Source: a virus. From it: DNA of 64,000 nucleotides. Positions 35,499-46,434 of the stretch are shown here, piece by piece. The notes under the pieces were generated by a model. It saw nothing but the letters and a program-made list of their open reading frames with translations, was not told the origin of the DNA and searched no databases. How positions within the stretch are numbered: position 1 is the first letter of the stretch; the number at the start of each line of letters is the position of its first letter. Position numbers and translations under genes: made by a program. The DNA is taken from IMG/VR virus record IMGVR_UViG_3300045110_000277, positions 1-64,000 of that record. One strand, given 5' to 3'.

Positions 35499-38400
35499 GT
35501 GGCCGAGAACGTCGAAATCAACGTAACCGCCAACGCCTCGTCGCTCGGCACGGCTGCCGCGGACATCGAGCGCCTCGACGCCGCGCTCGCGCTGCTGGGC
35601 AGCCGGTCGTCCGCCGGGGCCGCGGTCGCCGCCACCCTCGGTGAGATCGCCAGCGGGGCGGTCACCGCCACCGGCTTCCTGGAGGAGTTCCTCGCCACCG
35701 CCGAGAGCGGGTCCGCTGGGGCAGCCTCGGCGCTGCGCAGCCTCATCACCCAGGTCGAGGCGTACGTGGGCGCCCAGGAGGCCGCAGCGGTCGCCCAGCA
35801 GGCTGCCAATGGCGAGGCGGCGACCGCCTACGAGCGGGTCGTGCTGGGCGCTGGGGCGGCCGTACAGGCCACGGAGGCCCAGACCGCAGCGGTGACCCTG
35901 CTGACGGCCGCGAACGCGGAGCTGGCCAAGGTCGAGGCGCAGGTCTCCATCGAGCGCGAGCGGGCCGCGGCCAAGGCGTCCATCGCGGCGGCCCCGAACA
36001 TCGGCACGAACGTCGCCGGCAACGCGGTCGGCTCTGCGGCCGGCATCGGCGGGTTCGTCGCCGGCCAGGACAGCCGCTTGAAGGACGCCGAGGCCCGCGC
36101 GATCCAGCTGCTCAACGAGCGCGGCGTCGCGGACGCCCAGCTGATCCTCTACACCACGGCGCTGGGCAAGGCCGCCCTGGCGGCGGTGGCCACCGAGGAA
36201 GCCTTCGTCGACATCCAGTCCAAGGACAACGCGGCCACCCAGACGCTGATCCGGTCCAAGAGCGCGGCGGTCGCAGCCCAGGACAAGCTGAACATCCTGG
36301 CCGCCGAGGACGTGTCCAGCGGCGGGCGCGGCCGGGGCGGCGGCAACTTCTCTGGGCTGTCGGACAGCTCCGGTGGCAGCTTCCTGGGCCAGCTCGGGAC
36401 CACGTTCAAGTACATCGCCTTCTACCAGGTGTTCCAGCTGCTGCTGACCACGTTCAAGGACAGCGTGGAGGCGTCGGCCAACTACGACCGCGCGGTCACG
36501 AACCTGGGCATCGCGCTCGCGGGCACCGACGTGGACGCGGGCAACCTGGCGAACAGCCTGGGCCAGATCGGCACCCGGGCCGGCATCGCGGCGTCCGAGG
36601 CGGTCGCGGCCGGCACGCAGTACCGCCGGGCGTTCCCCTCCGCCGACCCGACGCAGGCGGCGCTGGCCGGCGCGAGCACCATCTCGACGCTGGCCGTGAT
36701 CGGTGACCCGAAGACGGCGCAGGCCAACAGCGCCGACGTGCTCGCGGTGCTGGCCAACTACAACCTCGGGATCGAGGGCACCACCCGGGTGCTGGACGCG
36801 GCCACCGCTGCCGCGCAGGCGTTCGGGCTGTCCGGCCCCAACGACGTGCTGCCGGGCCTGGCCCAGATCTCCGACGTGGGCGCCGCGCAGGGCTTCTCGC
36901 CCGAGGAGCTGGCCGCCACCGTCGCCACCATCGTGCAGCGCACGTCGGAGACCAGTCAGGCCGCGGCCGGGGAGCTGCAGCGATTCCTGGGCCGTGAGGG
37001 CGGCAACGCCGTCCAGCAGGTCTTCGCCAGCTTCGGGGTCGACACGACCAAGAAGTTCGCCGACGAGCTGCGCCAGTTCGAGCCCATCTTCGAGCAGCTG
37101 ACCGCGGCCCAGCAGCAGGCGGTCGTCTCCGAGCTGGGCGGTGGCCGGGCGGCCCCGGCCGTGCAGGCCGTGCTCGACACGTACAAGCAGATCGAGCAGG
37201 TCGCCACCGCCGACAACGCGGGCAAGGCGCAGGAGCAGGAGATCGCCCGCCTGGCCGACCTGAAGGGCCTGCTGACCCAGATCGGCGGTGACTTCCAGGA
37301 GCTGTACAAGGACATCGGCTCGTCCGGCATCGGGGTCATCTTCGGGGTTGCCCTGCAGGAGCTGGACCCGCTGCTCAAGGGCGTCGATGACCTGCTCCAG
37401 CTGTGGAACGAGATGCCCGGCCCGATCAAGCAGATCACCGCGGCGGTCGTCGAGCTGTCGGTGGCGCTGGCGCTGCTCGGCAAGGGTGAGGGCGTCGGCC
37501 TGCTTGGGTCCATCGGCGCCGGTGGCTCCAAGGTGCTCGGCAAGCTCGGGCTGGGTGGGCTGCTCGGCGGCGGTGGCGAGGCGGCGGGACTCGCTGGAGC
37601 TGCGGGCGGCGACCTGTCAACGGTCATTGGCACCTCCGAGATCGGCGCTGCCACCGGTGGCCTGGAGGGCGTGGCGGCCGGTGGCGGGGCGGTGGCCACG
37701 CTGGTGCCGTACATCGCCCCGGCCATCGTCGGGCTGATCGCGCTCGGCGCGTGGAAGGACATCAACGACAAGACGAACAAGGCGATTGCCGACGCGGGCA
37801 CCGCCAAGCAGCTGGACTCGGCGGACTCCGCTGCGGCGTACAAGGACCTGGCGTCGAAGTTCGCCACCGCCAAGACCGAGGTGCCGACCGGCTTCGTCAC
37901 GTCGCTGTTCGGCAAGGGCGTCGAGAACGACCAGCTGATCGCCGACCTCGACAAGCTGCAGAAGTTCGCCGAGGCGCAGTCCAAGGCGTACTCCGACGCG
38001 GCAGCCGCACGGGGCACCGGCACGGCGTTCACCAACAACGGCGAGGTCGACTTCCAGGGCCTGTTCACCTCGCTGCACGGCTCGGGCCAGTCCAGCGCGG
38101 AGATGCTGAAGCAGCTCACCGACGCGATCTTCGGGCTGGGCGGTGCGGCGGGCACCACGGCGCAGCGACTGGTCAACGACAAGGGCACCATCGACGCGCT
38201 CGCTCGCGGTGCGACGGCGACCGGTTTCGACAAGCTGTTCAATGAGCGGCTGCCGATCCCCGGTGGCCCGGTGGTCGCCTTCGACGGCATCGGCAACCCG
38301 GCCATCCCCGGCTCGCAGTCGGTGCAGTCGCCCAGCCTGAACGACCAGAACTCCCAGGCGCAGAAGCTGTTCGAGGCTGGCGTCAACGAGTCGATCACCA

Positions 38401-40064
38401 AGGCTGCCTCGACGCTGCCGGCCGGTGCGCCGCTGAACGCCAGCACCATCGCGGCGATGAAGGCGGCGGCCGACAAGTTCGCCGAGTCGACGTTCCCGAA
38501 GGCGCAGCTGCCGACGGCCATCAAGACGATCAACGACAACATCGACAAGACGTACGCGACCCTGCAGGCCGGGCTCGCCGCGCTCGCCAGCGGCAAGGGC
38601 ATCAGCGACACCCAGCTCGCGTCGCTGTTCGGTGGCGGCGGCTACGTGCAGGCCGTGCAGGACACGATCTCCGGCATCGGCTCCCTGACCAACTTCGTGG
38701 AGCAGACCCGGCAGGGCAACCAGCTGCTGCTGACCGCCCAGCACGCCCTGCAGATCGCGCTGGCCAGCGGGAAGGCCGCCGACATCGACCAGGCCCGTGC
38801 CGGGCTGGCGCTGGCCCAGGCACAGGTCGACCAGCAGGCGGTGTCCAACGCGCAGCAGCTGATCGCGCACATCAAGGCGACGCAGGGCAACACGGCGCGG
38901 GCGCGGGCGGCCATCGTTCAGGTCGAGCGCCAGCTGGTGGGAACGCTCGCTGGTAACCAGGACGTAAACGGTCTCATCGCCGCGTTCGCCAACATGGACA
39001 AGGCGACCATCGCCTCGGTGGTGCGCTCCGCGGAGGCCGCGGTGCAGGCGGCGAAGGCGGCCGACGACGCGGCGAAGGACATCATCGCCAAGAGCGCGGA
39101 GGCGGCCCAGCTTGCGGCCAACTACGCGGCCGGCTTCGGCGTCGCGCCGGCTACCGCTGCGGCGAACACCCCGGGCGCGAAGGCTGCGGACAAGGCGTAC
39201 AACGATGCGCTGGCCCGGCTGGCGGCCATCAAGACCGCGGCCGGGGTGGCCTCTCCGAGCGGGTCGGACCTGAAGTTCCCGAAGCCCAGCGGTGGCGGCG
39301 ACACGGCGGCGCAGATCGCTGCGGCCAAGGCGTCGGCTGCGGCCATCGCCGGGGACGCGATCTCCGAGGCGCAGGCCGCGGTGAGGGCCGCGCAGATCAA
39401 CCTCGGTGCGGCCAAGAAGGGCAGCGTCGAGTTCTACAACGACCTGAAGGCGCTGCACGACGCGCAGTACCAACTGGCCACCGCCGAGCAGACCCTGGCC
39501 AACCAGGCGCTGGCGCTGCGCGGCGACGTGACGGACCCGCTCGTGCAGGCCCGGGACAAGGTGATCGCCGACCGCAACAAGCTGGCGTACGACCGGGCGC
39601 GCGGGGCGAACACGACCGCGGATGCCTTGCAGCTCAAGCAGGATCAGGCCGCGCAGGAGAAGACGGCGTTCGAGCAGAAGTTCTCCGACGAGCAGACCGC
39701 GTACCAGCTGAACCAGATCAGCTACCAGAGCTACATCAACTACCTGGAGGCCCAGCACAACCTGCTGACGGCCGTTCACAAGAAGACCCGCGACCAGATC
39801 GACGAGCTCAACCAGGTCGACTCGGCGTTGCAGGCCGCGCAGCAGCAGCTGTCCGGCCAGTTCAACATCGGCGCGATCCAGCTGCCGACCATCTACGAGG
39901 TGCGTCGGTCCATCGCGGCAACGGCCGCTGGCACCACGTACCAGGGCTCGACGCAGAACACGATCTACATCACCGGCACGGACACCGCTGCCGTCAAGAA
40001 GGTCATCCAGGACGTGCTGGGCCCCACCGCCTCGCAGACGCGCACCGTCGCCGGAAGGAAGTAA
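35499..40064 (+). CDS. Tape measure protein
   Basis: About 1520 aa, Ala-rich helical, VEINVTANAS N-terminus, GAGGAGG RBS. Confidence 0.9.
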   Translation: MAENVEINVTANASSLGTAAADIERLDAALALLGSRSSAGAAVAATLGEIASGAVTATGFLEEFLATAESGSAGAASALRSLITQVEAYVGAQEAAAVAQQAANGEAATAYERVVLGAGAAVQATEAQTAAVTLLTAANAELAKVEAQVSIERERAAAKASIAAAPNIGTNVAGNAVGSAAGIGGFVAGQDSRLKDAEARAIQLLNERGVADAQLILYTTALGKAALAAVATEEAFVDIQSKDNAATQTLIRSKSAAVAAQDKLNILAAEDVSSGGRGRGGGNFSGLSDSSGGSFLGQLGTTFKYIAFYQVFQLLLTTFKDSVEASANYDRAVTNLGIALAGTDVDAGNLANSLGQIGTRAGIAASEAVAAGTQYRRAFPSADPTQAALAGASTISTLAVIGDPKTAQANSADVLAVLANYNLGIEGTTRVLDAATAAAQAFGLSGPNDVLPGLAQISDVGAAQGFSPEELAATVATIVQRTSETSQAAAGELQRFLGREGGNAVQQVFASFGVDTTKKFADELRQFEPIFEQLTAAQQQAVVSELGGGRAAPAVQAVLDTYKQIEQVATADNAGKAQEQEIARLADLKGLLTQIGGDFQELYKDIGSSGIGVIFGVALQELDPLLKGVDDLLQLWNEMPGPIKQITAAVVELSVALALLGKGEGVGLLGSIGAGGSKVLGKLGLGGLLGGGGEAAGLAGAAGGDLSTVIGTSEIGAATGGLEGVAAGGGAVATLVPYIAPAIVGLIALGAWKDINDKTNKAIADAGTAKQLDSADSAAAYKDLASKFATAKTEVPTGFVTSLFGKGVENDQLIADLDKLQKFAEAQSKAYSDAAAARGTGTAFTNNGEVDFQGLFTSLHGSGQSSAEMLKQLTDAIFGLGGAAGTTAQRLVNDKGTIDALARGATATGFDKLFNERLPIPGGPVVAFDGIGNPAIPGSQSVQSPSLNDQNSQAQKLFEAGVNESITKAASTLPAGAPLNASTIAAMKAAADKFAESTFPKAQLPTAIKTINDNIDKTYATLQAGLAALASGKGISDTQLASLFGGGGYVQAVQDTISGIGSLTNFVEQTRQGNQLLLTAQHALQIALASGKAADIDQARAGLALAQAQVDQQAVSNAQQLIAHIKATQGNTARARAAIVQVERQLVGTLAGNQDVNGLIAAFANMDKATIASVVRSAEAAVQAAKAADDAAKDIIAKSAEAAQLAANYAAGFGVAPATAAANTPGAKAADKAYNDALARLAAIKTAAGVASPSGSDLKFPKPSGGGDTAAQIAAAKASAAAIAGDAISEAQAAVRAAQINLGAAKKGSVEFYNDLKALHDAQYQLATAEQTLANQALALRGDVTDPLVQARDKVIADRNKLAYDRARGANTTADALQLKQDQAAQEKTAFEQKFSDEQTAYQLNQISYQSYINYLEAQHNLLTAVHKKTRDQIDELNQVDSALQAAQQQLSGQFNIGAIQLPTIYEVRRSIAATAAGTTYQGSTQNTIYITGTDTAAVKKVIQDVLGPTASQTRTVAGRK

Positions 40065-40067
40065 CCC

Positions 40068-40499
40068 ATGATCCACAAGGTGTATGGCAGCTCGCTGATC
40101 ACCATGGTGAACGGCGAGTGGGCCTTCATCGGCGGCTCCGTCAAGGCGCTGCTGTGCTCCGCCTCGTACACGCCGAACCAGGACACGCACAAGTACCGCA
40201 GCGACCTCACCAACGAGCTGAGCACCGCTGGTGGCTACACCGCGGGCGGCGTCGTGCTGGGCACCAAGAGCACGCCGTACACGGCGCTGACCAAGACGAT
40301 GGCGTTGCTGTGCGCCAACATCGTCTACTCGGCGGTCACCCTGTCGGCGCGGTACTGCATCATCTACCTCGACACCGGGGTGAGCGGCACGAGTCCGCTG
40401 ATCAGCTACATCGACTTCGGGTCCACGCAGTCACCGTCGAGCCAGAACCTCCAGCTGACCATCAACGCCGCCGGGCTGATCACCTACCAGGTGGCGTAG
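40068..40499 (+). CDS. Virion structural protein
   Basis: KALL...YTPNQDTH.Y.SD.TNE...GGYTAGG..L...LISYIDFG, a common phage motif. Confidence 0.7.
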   Translation: MIHKVYGSSLITMVNGEWAFIGGSVKALLCSASYTPNQDTHKYRSDLTNELSTAGGYTAGGVVLGTKSTPYTALTKTMALLCANIVYSAVTLSARYCIIYLDTGVSGTSPLISYIDFGSTQSPSSQNLQLTINAAGLITYQVA

Positions 40500-40505
40500 C
40501 CGCCG

Positions 40506-42965
40506 ATGACTCTGTTCACGCGCACCGCCTCGGACAGCGCCGCTGTCTCCGAGTCGGTTGCGCGCGTGTGCAGGCACCCGCGCAGCACGTCGGACAGCGT
40601 GCCCGTCGCCGAGGCGCACACCCGGTCTGTCCACCGGTTCAAGACGACCTCGGACTCGGCGGTGGTGTCCGAGTCGAACATCATCCTGGGTCCGCTGATC
40701 AACCTGAGCGTGCCGGTCGGTGGGGTGAACGCGGCGACCGGCCAGCTGCCGACGGAGGTGCTCGGCGCGTACTACGAGGTGGCCCTGGCAGCGGCCGTTG
40801 GCGCCTACGCTTCCGGCCAGCCGGTCGGGATCTACCTGGGCGCGCTGAGCTACATCTTCGACTTCGACTGCCCCGAGGTGCAGGTCGGTGGCCGGCTGCC
40901 GTCGCTGTTCGTCGGCACCCCCGGGGTGGACGGGGACTTCTTCGGCCTGCCGATCATCTTGTCCGGGCTCAGTGGCACCGGGACGTTCAGTCTGCAGGGT
41001 GCCACGGTGGAGACCGGCGAGCAGGACGCGCTGAACGCCCTGGAGCCCACCGGCGGCCGGGTGGTGGTGCCGACCGCGATCCAGATCGGCGCGACGGTCA
41101 ACGTGCCGGACGCGACCCCGGCCAGCTTCACCGCGGTGCAGGCCACCATCGGCCCGCTGACGGTGCGCCGGGTGTTCTCCTCCAGCCTGCCCACGCACAT
41201 GCCCGCGGGCATCGCGGGCATCGTCGCGTTCTACTCGTTCAAGTCGAACACGACCATCCAGGACCTCATCAACGGCGTGCATGACGCGGCGGTGCGAACG
41301 CTCGTTCAGAGCCTGCCCAACGGCACGTACCTGACCAGCTACCACGAGCCCGAGAACGACATGGACGGCGACACCTTCGTCGCGCTCATGGACCACCTGT
41401 ATCCGCTGGTGAAGTCGATCAACCCGACGATCCAGTTCGGCCCGGTCTACATGACGTACTGGTGGCGCCCGTCGCTGTCGGGCGTGGGCAAGCCGGGCAA
41501 CGGTCACAACCCGCAGCCGAAGGACTCGTGGGAGCCGCACGACTACGACTTCCTGGGGTGTGACAACTACGCGCAGCCGCCGCAGACCCCGCTGGAGCTG
41601 GCCTCCGACACGACGTTCCAGAACTGGTACACCTGGGCGAAGGCGAAGGCGAACGCGGCCAACGTGCCGGTGTGCATCGTGGAGTACGGCGCGGGCGCGA
41701 TCACCTCGGGCATGACCGGGGGCGAGCGGGCCACCATGGAGGCTGCTCGCGCGGTCGTCATCGCCAACGACGGCACGTACGTGGCCAGCGAGCCCACCAT
41801 CGGCATGTGGCTGCTGTGGGACGGCACCGGCGCTGCTGGTGACTGGTTCCTGCACGACAGCGCCAGCCAGGCCGCGTGGGCGGCCATCGCCTCGGGCGGC
41901 AGCACCACCGGCACGGCGTTCGCGGGCATCGGCGACAAGAGCATCTGGATGCAGTTCACCGCGCCGCTGGACGGCACCTTCACCTTCACGGTGGACGACG
42001 CCTCGACGCCGGACTACCGGCTGGCCATCTACCACGGCGAGGCCATCGACGACCCGGCGATGGTGCTGCTCGGCGAGGTGTTCGCCAACGGCTCGACGGA
42101 CCCGACGCTCTCGGTGGAGTTCAGCCGGGGCGAGTCGTACTACGTCTACGTCAACAAGGTCGACGGCACGAGCACCACGTACCCGCTGCAGAGCTACACC
42201 TGGTCGTTCGGCCCGGCCGTGCTCGGCCCGGTGCTGACCATCGACCCGAACATCCTGGACCGGGTGCCAACGGGCCTTGTCGTCTCGTTGGTGAACATGC
42301 TCGACGGCGGTGAGGCGGTCGACTTCACCCTGGTCGGCAACGCCAGCGTGCTGGCCACCTTGCAGGCCGACGAGCAGGGCACCATCGTCGGCGTCACGGT
42401 GCCGCTGGGTCTGCCGCTGTCGGCGGGCACGTACACCCTGCAGGCCACCGGCGAGTCCTCCGGCCGCGTCGGCTCCTGCACCTTCCAGCTGCTCAACGAC
42501 CCGATGACTCGGCCGGCGCCGCCGCCCGACGACGTGCCGGTCTCGCCGCCAACGCAGGTTGGCATCCAGCGGTGGGTGTTCCAGGACCCGATGCCCGGCG
42601 GCCTGGCCACGCTGGTGTTCCCGGCGAACCCGGAGAAGGCGAGCAGCTTCTACGCCCCGGTGCCGGTCACGGTCGAGCACACCGTCGCGCAGGACGGCAC
42701 CGCGGTGGTCTGGGAGGGCGCACCCACGGCGCTGGCCGCGCAGTTCAGCGGCTACACCACCGACGAGACGTTCTACCTGGCGGTCGAGGCGTACGCCGCG
42801 CTGAACCGCAAGTTCTACCTGATCGACCACCGCAGCAAGGTGTGGGTGGTCGCGCTGACCAGCTTCGGCCCGGACCGGCGCATCGTGCAGCCGGTGCATC
42901 AGACCGACTCGTCGTGGGCGTGCAACTACACCGCGACCGTGATGATCTTTGCGGGGCCGATGTGA
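40506..42965 (+). CDS. Multidomain minor tail protein: RTxSDS repeats + GH26-like domain + distal-tail-like C-terminus
   Basis: YHEPEND, DFLGCDNY, IVEYG; C-terminal RWVFQDP...F.ANP..G......LIDH. Confidence 0.65.
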   Translation: MTLFTRTASDSAAVSESVARVCRHPRSTSDSVPVAEAHTRSVHRFKTTSDSAVVSESNIILGPLINLSVPVGGVNAATGQLPTEVLGAYYEVALAAAVGAYASGQPVGIYLGALSYIFDFDCPEVQVGGRLPSLFVGTPGVDGDFFGLPIILSGLSGTGTFSLQGATVETGEQDALNALEPTGGRVVVPTAIQIGATVNVPDATPASFTAVQATIGPLTVRRVFSSSLPTHMPAGIAGIVAFYSFKSNTTIQDLINGVHDAAVRTLVQSLPNGTYLTSYHEPENDMDGDTFVALMDHLYPLVKSINPTIQFGPVYMTYWWRPSLSGVGKPGNGHNPQPKDSWEPHDYDFLGCDNYAQPPQTPLELASDTTFQNWYTWAKAKANAANVPVCIVEYGAGAITSGMTGGERATMEAARAVVIANDGTYVASEPTIGMWLLWDGTGAAGDWFLHDSASQAAWAAIASGGSTTGTAFAGIGDKSIWMQFTAPLDGTFTFTVDDASTPDYRLAIYHGEAIDDPAMVLLGEVFANGSTDPTLSVEFSRGESYYVYVNKVDGTSTTYPLQSYTWSFGPAVLGPVLTIDPNILDRVPTGLVVSLVNMLDGGEAVDFTLVGNASVLATLQADEQGTIVGVTVPLGLPLSAGTYTLQATGESSGRVGSCTFQLLNDPMTRPAPPPDDVPVSPPTQVGIQRWVFQDPMPGGLATLVFPANPEKASSFYAPVPVTVEHTVAQDGTAVVWEGAPTALAAQFSGYTTDETFYLAVEAYAALNRKFYLIDHRSKVWVVALTSFGPDRRIVQPVHQTDSSWACNYTATVMIFAGPM

Positions 42966-44260
42966 CGCAGCGGTGGACGTTCCTGGACCCCGACAACGGC
43001 GTCGTGGAGTACGTGTTCGAGCGCAACCCGAAGCAGGTCGGCTCGCCGTACCCGAACAAGAAGCTCGACACGTTGAGCACCGGTGCCACCGCGACGCCGA
43101 ACATCCGCGGGTTGAAGCAGCCGGACACCCCGGTCGAGTGGTCGTTCACCGGCACCCTGGCCAGCCAGGCGATGTACGACCAGCTGCTGTCGTGGTCGGC
43201 GGTGCGCAAGCTCGTGCAGGTCATCGACGACCTGGGCCGCACGTACAACATCCTGCCGACCGGCGTGGAGTTCTCCGACCGCGCGCCGACTCCGCGGCAC
43301 CCGGTGCGCTACGAGTACACCTTCAAGGCGTTGCTGTTCCCGACGCTGGTCACGCCCAACCCGGTAGCCATCGACCAGCCGGTGTTTGTCGGGCGCCCCA
43401 TCCTCGACCCGCCGTCGTACGTGCCGTCCGACCCGAGCCTGCCGACCCCGCCGGAGACCACGCCGGGCACGCCGGTGCCGCCCGTCACGCCGCCGACGCC
43501 GCCCGGAGCGGACGCCACGATCAAGTGGGGCTCGGCCTTCGGCTCGAACCTGTCCTGGCAGCTGACCAACTTCCCGGCAGCCAAGAGCGCGCGGCACTTC
43601 ACCACGCCGATCACGCTGTACAGCAGCAGCTCGGCCAGTCACCGGATGCCGACGCCCGCGGAGATCTGGGAGTCGGCCAAGCCCGACCCGGCGTCGGTGA
43701 TCAACGGCTCGATGAACAGCCTCATCGACGCCTGGATCGCCAGCTGGACCCGCGACGTGGTGCTCACCTTCTGGCACGAGCCCGAGCAGGGCCAGCCCAA
43801 CTACCGGGTACCGCCGGCCACCTGGGTACCGATGCAGCGGGTGCTGCTCGCTCGCGTCGCCGCGGTGGGCAACTCGCACGTGAAGACCGCGGGCATCCTG
43901 ATGAGCTACACGCTGAGCTTTGGCAACAGCCGGGTCGACTCGTACTTCAAGCCCAGCGGCACGCTGATCGGCTTCGACTACTACGCCTTCGACTGCTACA
44001 AGCCGGCGCACACGATCCTGGCGATGAACTGGGCGCAGAGCAACGGCGTCGCCTGGGCCATCCCGGAGTGGGGCACCAGCACCGGCCCTGGTGGGGACGC
44101 GGACACCAAGGCGCAGCTGATCCAGATGGTCTCCGACGTGTCGGGTTACAAGCCGCACGCAGTCATGTACTTCGACGCCCCGGTCGGCCCGCACCTGAGC
44201 CCCCTGCTGATCAACGCTCCGCTGACCGACTCGTACCTGAAGGGACTGGCCGGCCCATGA
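42962..44260 (+). CDS. Distal-tail-like N-domain + Pro linker + GH26-like domain
   Basis: RWTFLDP...FERNP...WSFTG...IDDLGR; FWHEPE, FDCY, IPEWG. Confidence 0.65.
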   Translation: MTQRWTFLDPDNGVVEYVFERNPKQVGSPYPNKKLDTLSTGATATPNIRGLKQPDTPVEWSFTGTLASQAMYDQLLSWSAVRKLVQVIDDLGRTYNILPTGVEFSDRAPTPRHPVRYEYTFKALLFPTLVTPNPVAIDQPVFVGRPILDPPSYVPSDPSLPTPPETTPGTPVPPVTPPTPPGADATIKWGSAFGSNLSWQLTNFPAAKSARHFTTPITLYSSSSASHRMPTPAEIWESAKPDPASVINGSMNSLIDAWIASWTRDVVLTFWHEPEQGQPNYRVPPATWVPMQRVLLARVAAVGNSHVKTAGILMSYTLSFGNSRVDSYFKPSGTLIGFDYYAFDCYKPAHTILAMNWAQSNGVAWAIPEWGTSTGPGGDADTKAQLIQMVSDVSGYKPHAVMYFDAPVGPHLSPLLINAPLTDSYLKGLAGP

Positions 44261-46434
44261 GGCTCGTGACCGACGACACCAACGCCGCGTGGCAGGCCGC
44301 TTTCAAGGGCGGTGACACGCGACCGGTCGTTCGCGCGACCATCCAGAAGATGGACGTGAAGCTGTGCCCGTACAAGCGGCCCACGCAGAACGGGGTCGCG
44401 GGCAACAGCGGTGTCTTCGCCAGCGCCATCTTCGGCCAGGACTTCCAGCCGGTCGAGCTACCCAACCTGGCCAGCGTGAAGTGGACGCGCTCGGTGGACC
44501 AGGACGTGGCCCAATGCGACATCGTGATCTGGAACACCGAGCGCCTGGCGGTCGGCGAGGTGCCACCCGACGACGTGAGCTTCGACAAGCCCGGCTACAT
44601 GACGTTCAACCGCGGCGTGGACCCGGCCGCCGTCAGCCGGTGGGGGTACGCGGCCAATGGCTGGCGTGACCTGCTGGTGCCCGACCGGATCATCCGCACC
44701 TTTGAGGGCTACGGCTTCGACCCGTCAGTCACCCCGGAGGCCGACCCGAACCTGTACCCCTCCGGTGTGTGGCTGATCGACGACGTGGAGTACAGCGCCG
44801 ACGGCACGATCAAGGTGTCCTGCCGCGACATGGGCCGGGTGCTGCTCGACCAAATCTTCTTCCCGCCGGTCGTGCCGTTCAGCGAGTACCCGTTCACCTG
44901 GATCCCGGACCAGACGGTGCCCGGCCCGCCGAAGCTGACCACCTCCAGCGGGTGGAAGCGCCCGGTGTACGAGACCGACTCGGGCATCCCGTACATCGGC
45001 AAGGGCTTCACCGACGGGTCGTTCCCCTACGTCGACTCCACCGGTGCGGTGCTGGGCCACCATGGGCGCTACGCCTTCGACACCAACGTGGCGAGCTACT
45101 GGCTCTCGGTCGGCAACGAGGCCAGCTGGAGCTCGGCGTTCGAGTACGTGCAGGGTGCCATCAGCGGCGCTGTCCACGCGGTGCAGCTGAAGACCTGGGG
45201 CGGTCCGTACCTGGTCTACGTCAGCCTGTGGGATGGCAGCAAGTGGCTGGGCAGCCGCAAGATCCCTTACCGCGCAAGGGTTGTGGACACCAACGCCGAT
45301 ATCCCGTTCGTCGACTCGTTCACCGCGGGCAAGTCGACAACGACCGTTCGCGCCCTGCCCAAGGCGTACGCCGGCATCACCAAGATCCGGCTCACCTTCA
45401 CCGACCTCTACAACAGCGGCATCGGCGAGTTCAAGTACCGCGCGGGCTGCTACGACATCCAGGTCAACGAGTCGGTGGTCACCAGCACGCCCACCACGAT
45501 GGTCATCGGGAACATGGCCGACTACACCGACATCGTGAAGTGGGTCTGCGCGTGGGGCGGGTTCTTCTGGCCCGACGAGTCCACCGGCTTCGACTATCTG
45601 ACCAACGCGGACGGGACGACAACGAACGTTGTCGCCTCCACCCCGGATCCCGTGCTGCCCACTGGGCGGGTGTGGGGCGACTTCGAGGGGACGGGCACCA
45701 ACAGCCTGATCCCGCTCACCCCGGACATCTGGGACAAGAAGCCGCTGATGGACTCGATCACGTACGTGCGCAACATCGTCAACTTCATCTTCTTCATCGA
45801 CGAGACCGGCGGCGTGGTCTGGCGGAGCCCGAACATCTGGCAGGAGGGCAACTACATCGGCGGTGGGCTCAACGACGCCGATATCGGCCGGACCACCGAG
45901 GGCCGCACGTCCACGGTGTACGTCATCGACGAGCAGGACACCATCCTGGGGCTGCGGCCCAAGCTGAGCAGCCGGGCGATGCGCGAGCGGTACTTCGTGG
46001 CCAACACCGACGGCGCGTTCGGCGCGGTGTCACCGCCCATCGGCAGCGTCAGCTACAACCCGTACCCGTCGGGGCTGCGCCGGGTGGCCGGCTGGACTGA
46101 CCAGCACTTCTCCACGCAGGCGGAGTGCCAGATCATGGCCGACCTGATCGCGGTCCGCTCGATGTTCGAGTACCGCACCAACGTGGTCACCGTGCCCGGC
46201 AACCCGGGCCTGCAGGTGGACGACCAGGTGCGGATCATGGAGCGGGTCACCGGCGAGACGTACCTGCACTACGTCCGGGGCATCACCAGCGACTGGGACG
46301 CCAAGAGCGGCAAGTGGACGTACGAGATCGAGACCCACTGGCTGGGCCTGACGCCGTTCAGCAACTGGGCGTTCGACCCGTCGCTGCTGTCGGCTGAGAC
46401 CAAGCAGTACCTCACGGCATTGGGGAAGATCTGA
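44257..46434 (+). CDS. Baseplate hub/Tal-like tail protein
   Basis: Position; CRDMGR.L.D; C-terminal PGNPGLQVDDQVRI.E...YVRGITS. Confidence 0.7.
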   Translation: MRLVTDDTNAAWQAAFKGGDTRPVVRATIQKMDVKLCPYKRPTQNGVAGNSGVFASAIFGQDFQPVELPNLASVKWTRSVDQDVAQCDIVIWNTERLAVGEVPPDDVSFDKPGYMTFNRGVDPAAVSRWGYAANGWRDLLVPDRIIRTFEGYGFDPSVTPEADPNLYPSGVWLIDDVEYSADGTIKVSCRDMGRVLLDQIFFPPVVPFSEYPFTWIPDQTVPGPPKLTTSSGWKRPVYETDSGIPYIGKGFTDGSFPYVDSTGAVLGHHGRYAFDTNVASYWLSVGNEASWSSAFEYVQGAISGAVHAVQLKTWGGPYLVYVSLWDGSKWLGSRKIPYRARVVDTNADIPFVDSFTAGKSTTTVRALPKAYAGITKIRLTFTDLYNSGIGEFKYRAGCYDIQVNESVVTSTPTTMVIGNMADYTDIVKWVCAWGGFFWPDESTGFDYLTNADGTTTNVVASTPDPVLPTGRVWGDFEGTGTNSLIPLTPDIWDKKPLMDSITYVRNIVNFIFFIDETGGVVWRSPNIWQEGNYIGGGLNDADIGRTTEGRTSTVYVIDEQDTILGLRPKLSSRAMRERYFVANTDGAFGAVSPPIGSVSYNPYPSGLRRVAGWTDQHFSTQAECQIMADLIAVRSMFEYRTNVVTVPGNPGLQVDDQVRIMERVTGETYLHYVRGITSDWDAKSGKWTYEIETHWLGLTPFSNWAFDPSLLSAETKQYLTALGKI

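Noticed and set aside
42572-44256. ORF-track N-terminal extensions of the 42572 and 42949 ORFs
   Set aside because: They overlap real upstream genes out of frame; the true starts are at the GTGA/ATGA overlaps at 42962 and 44257
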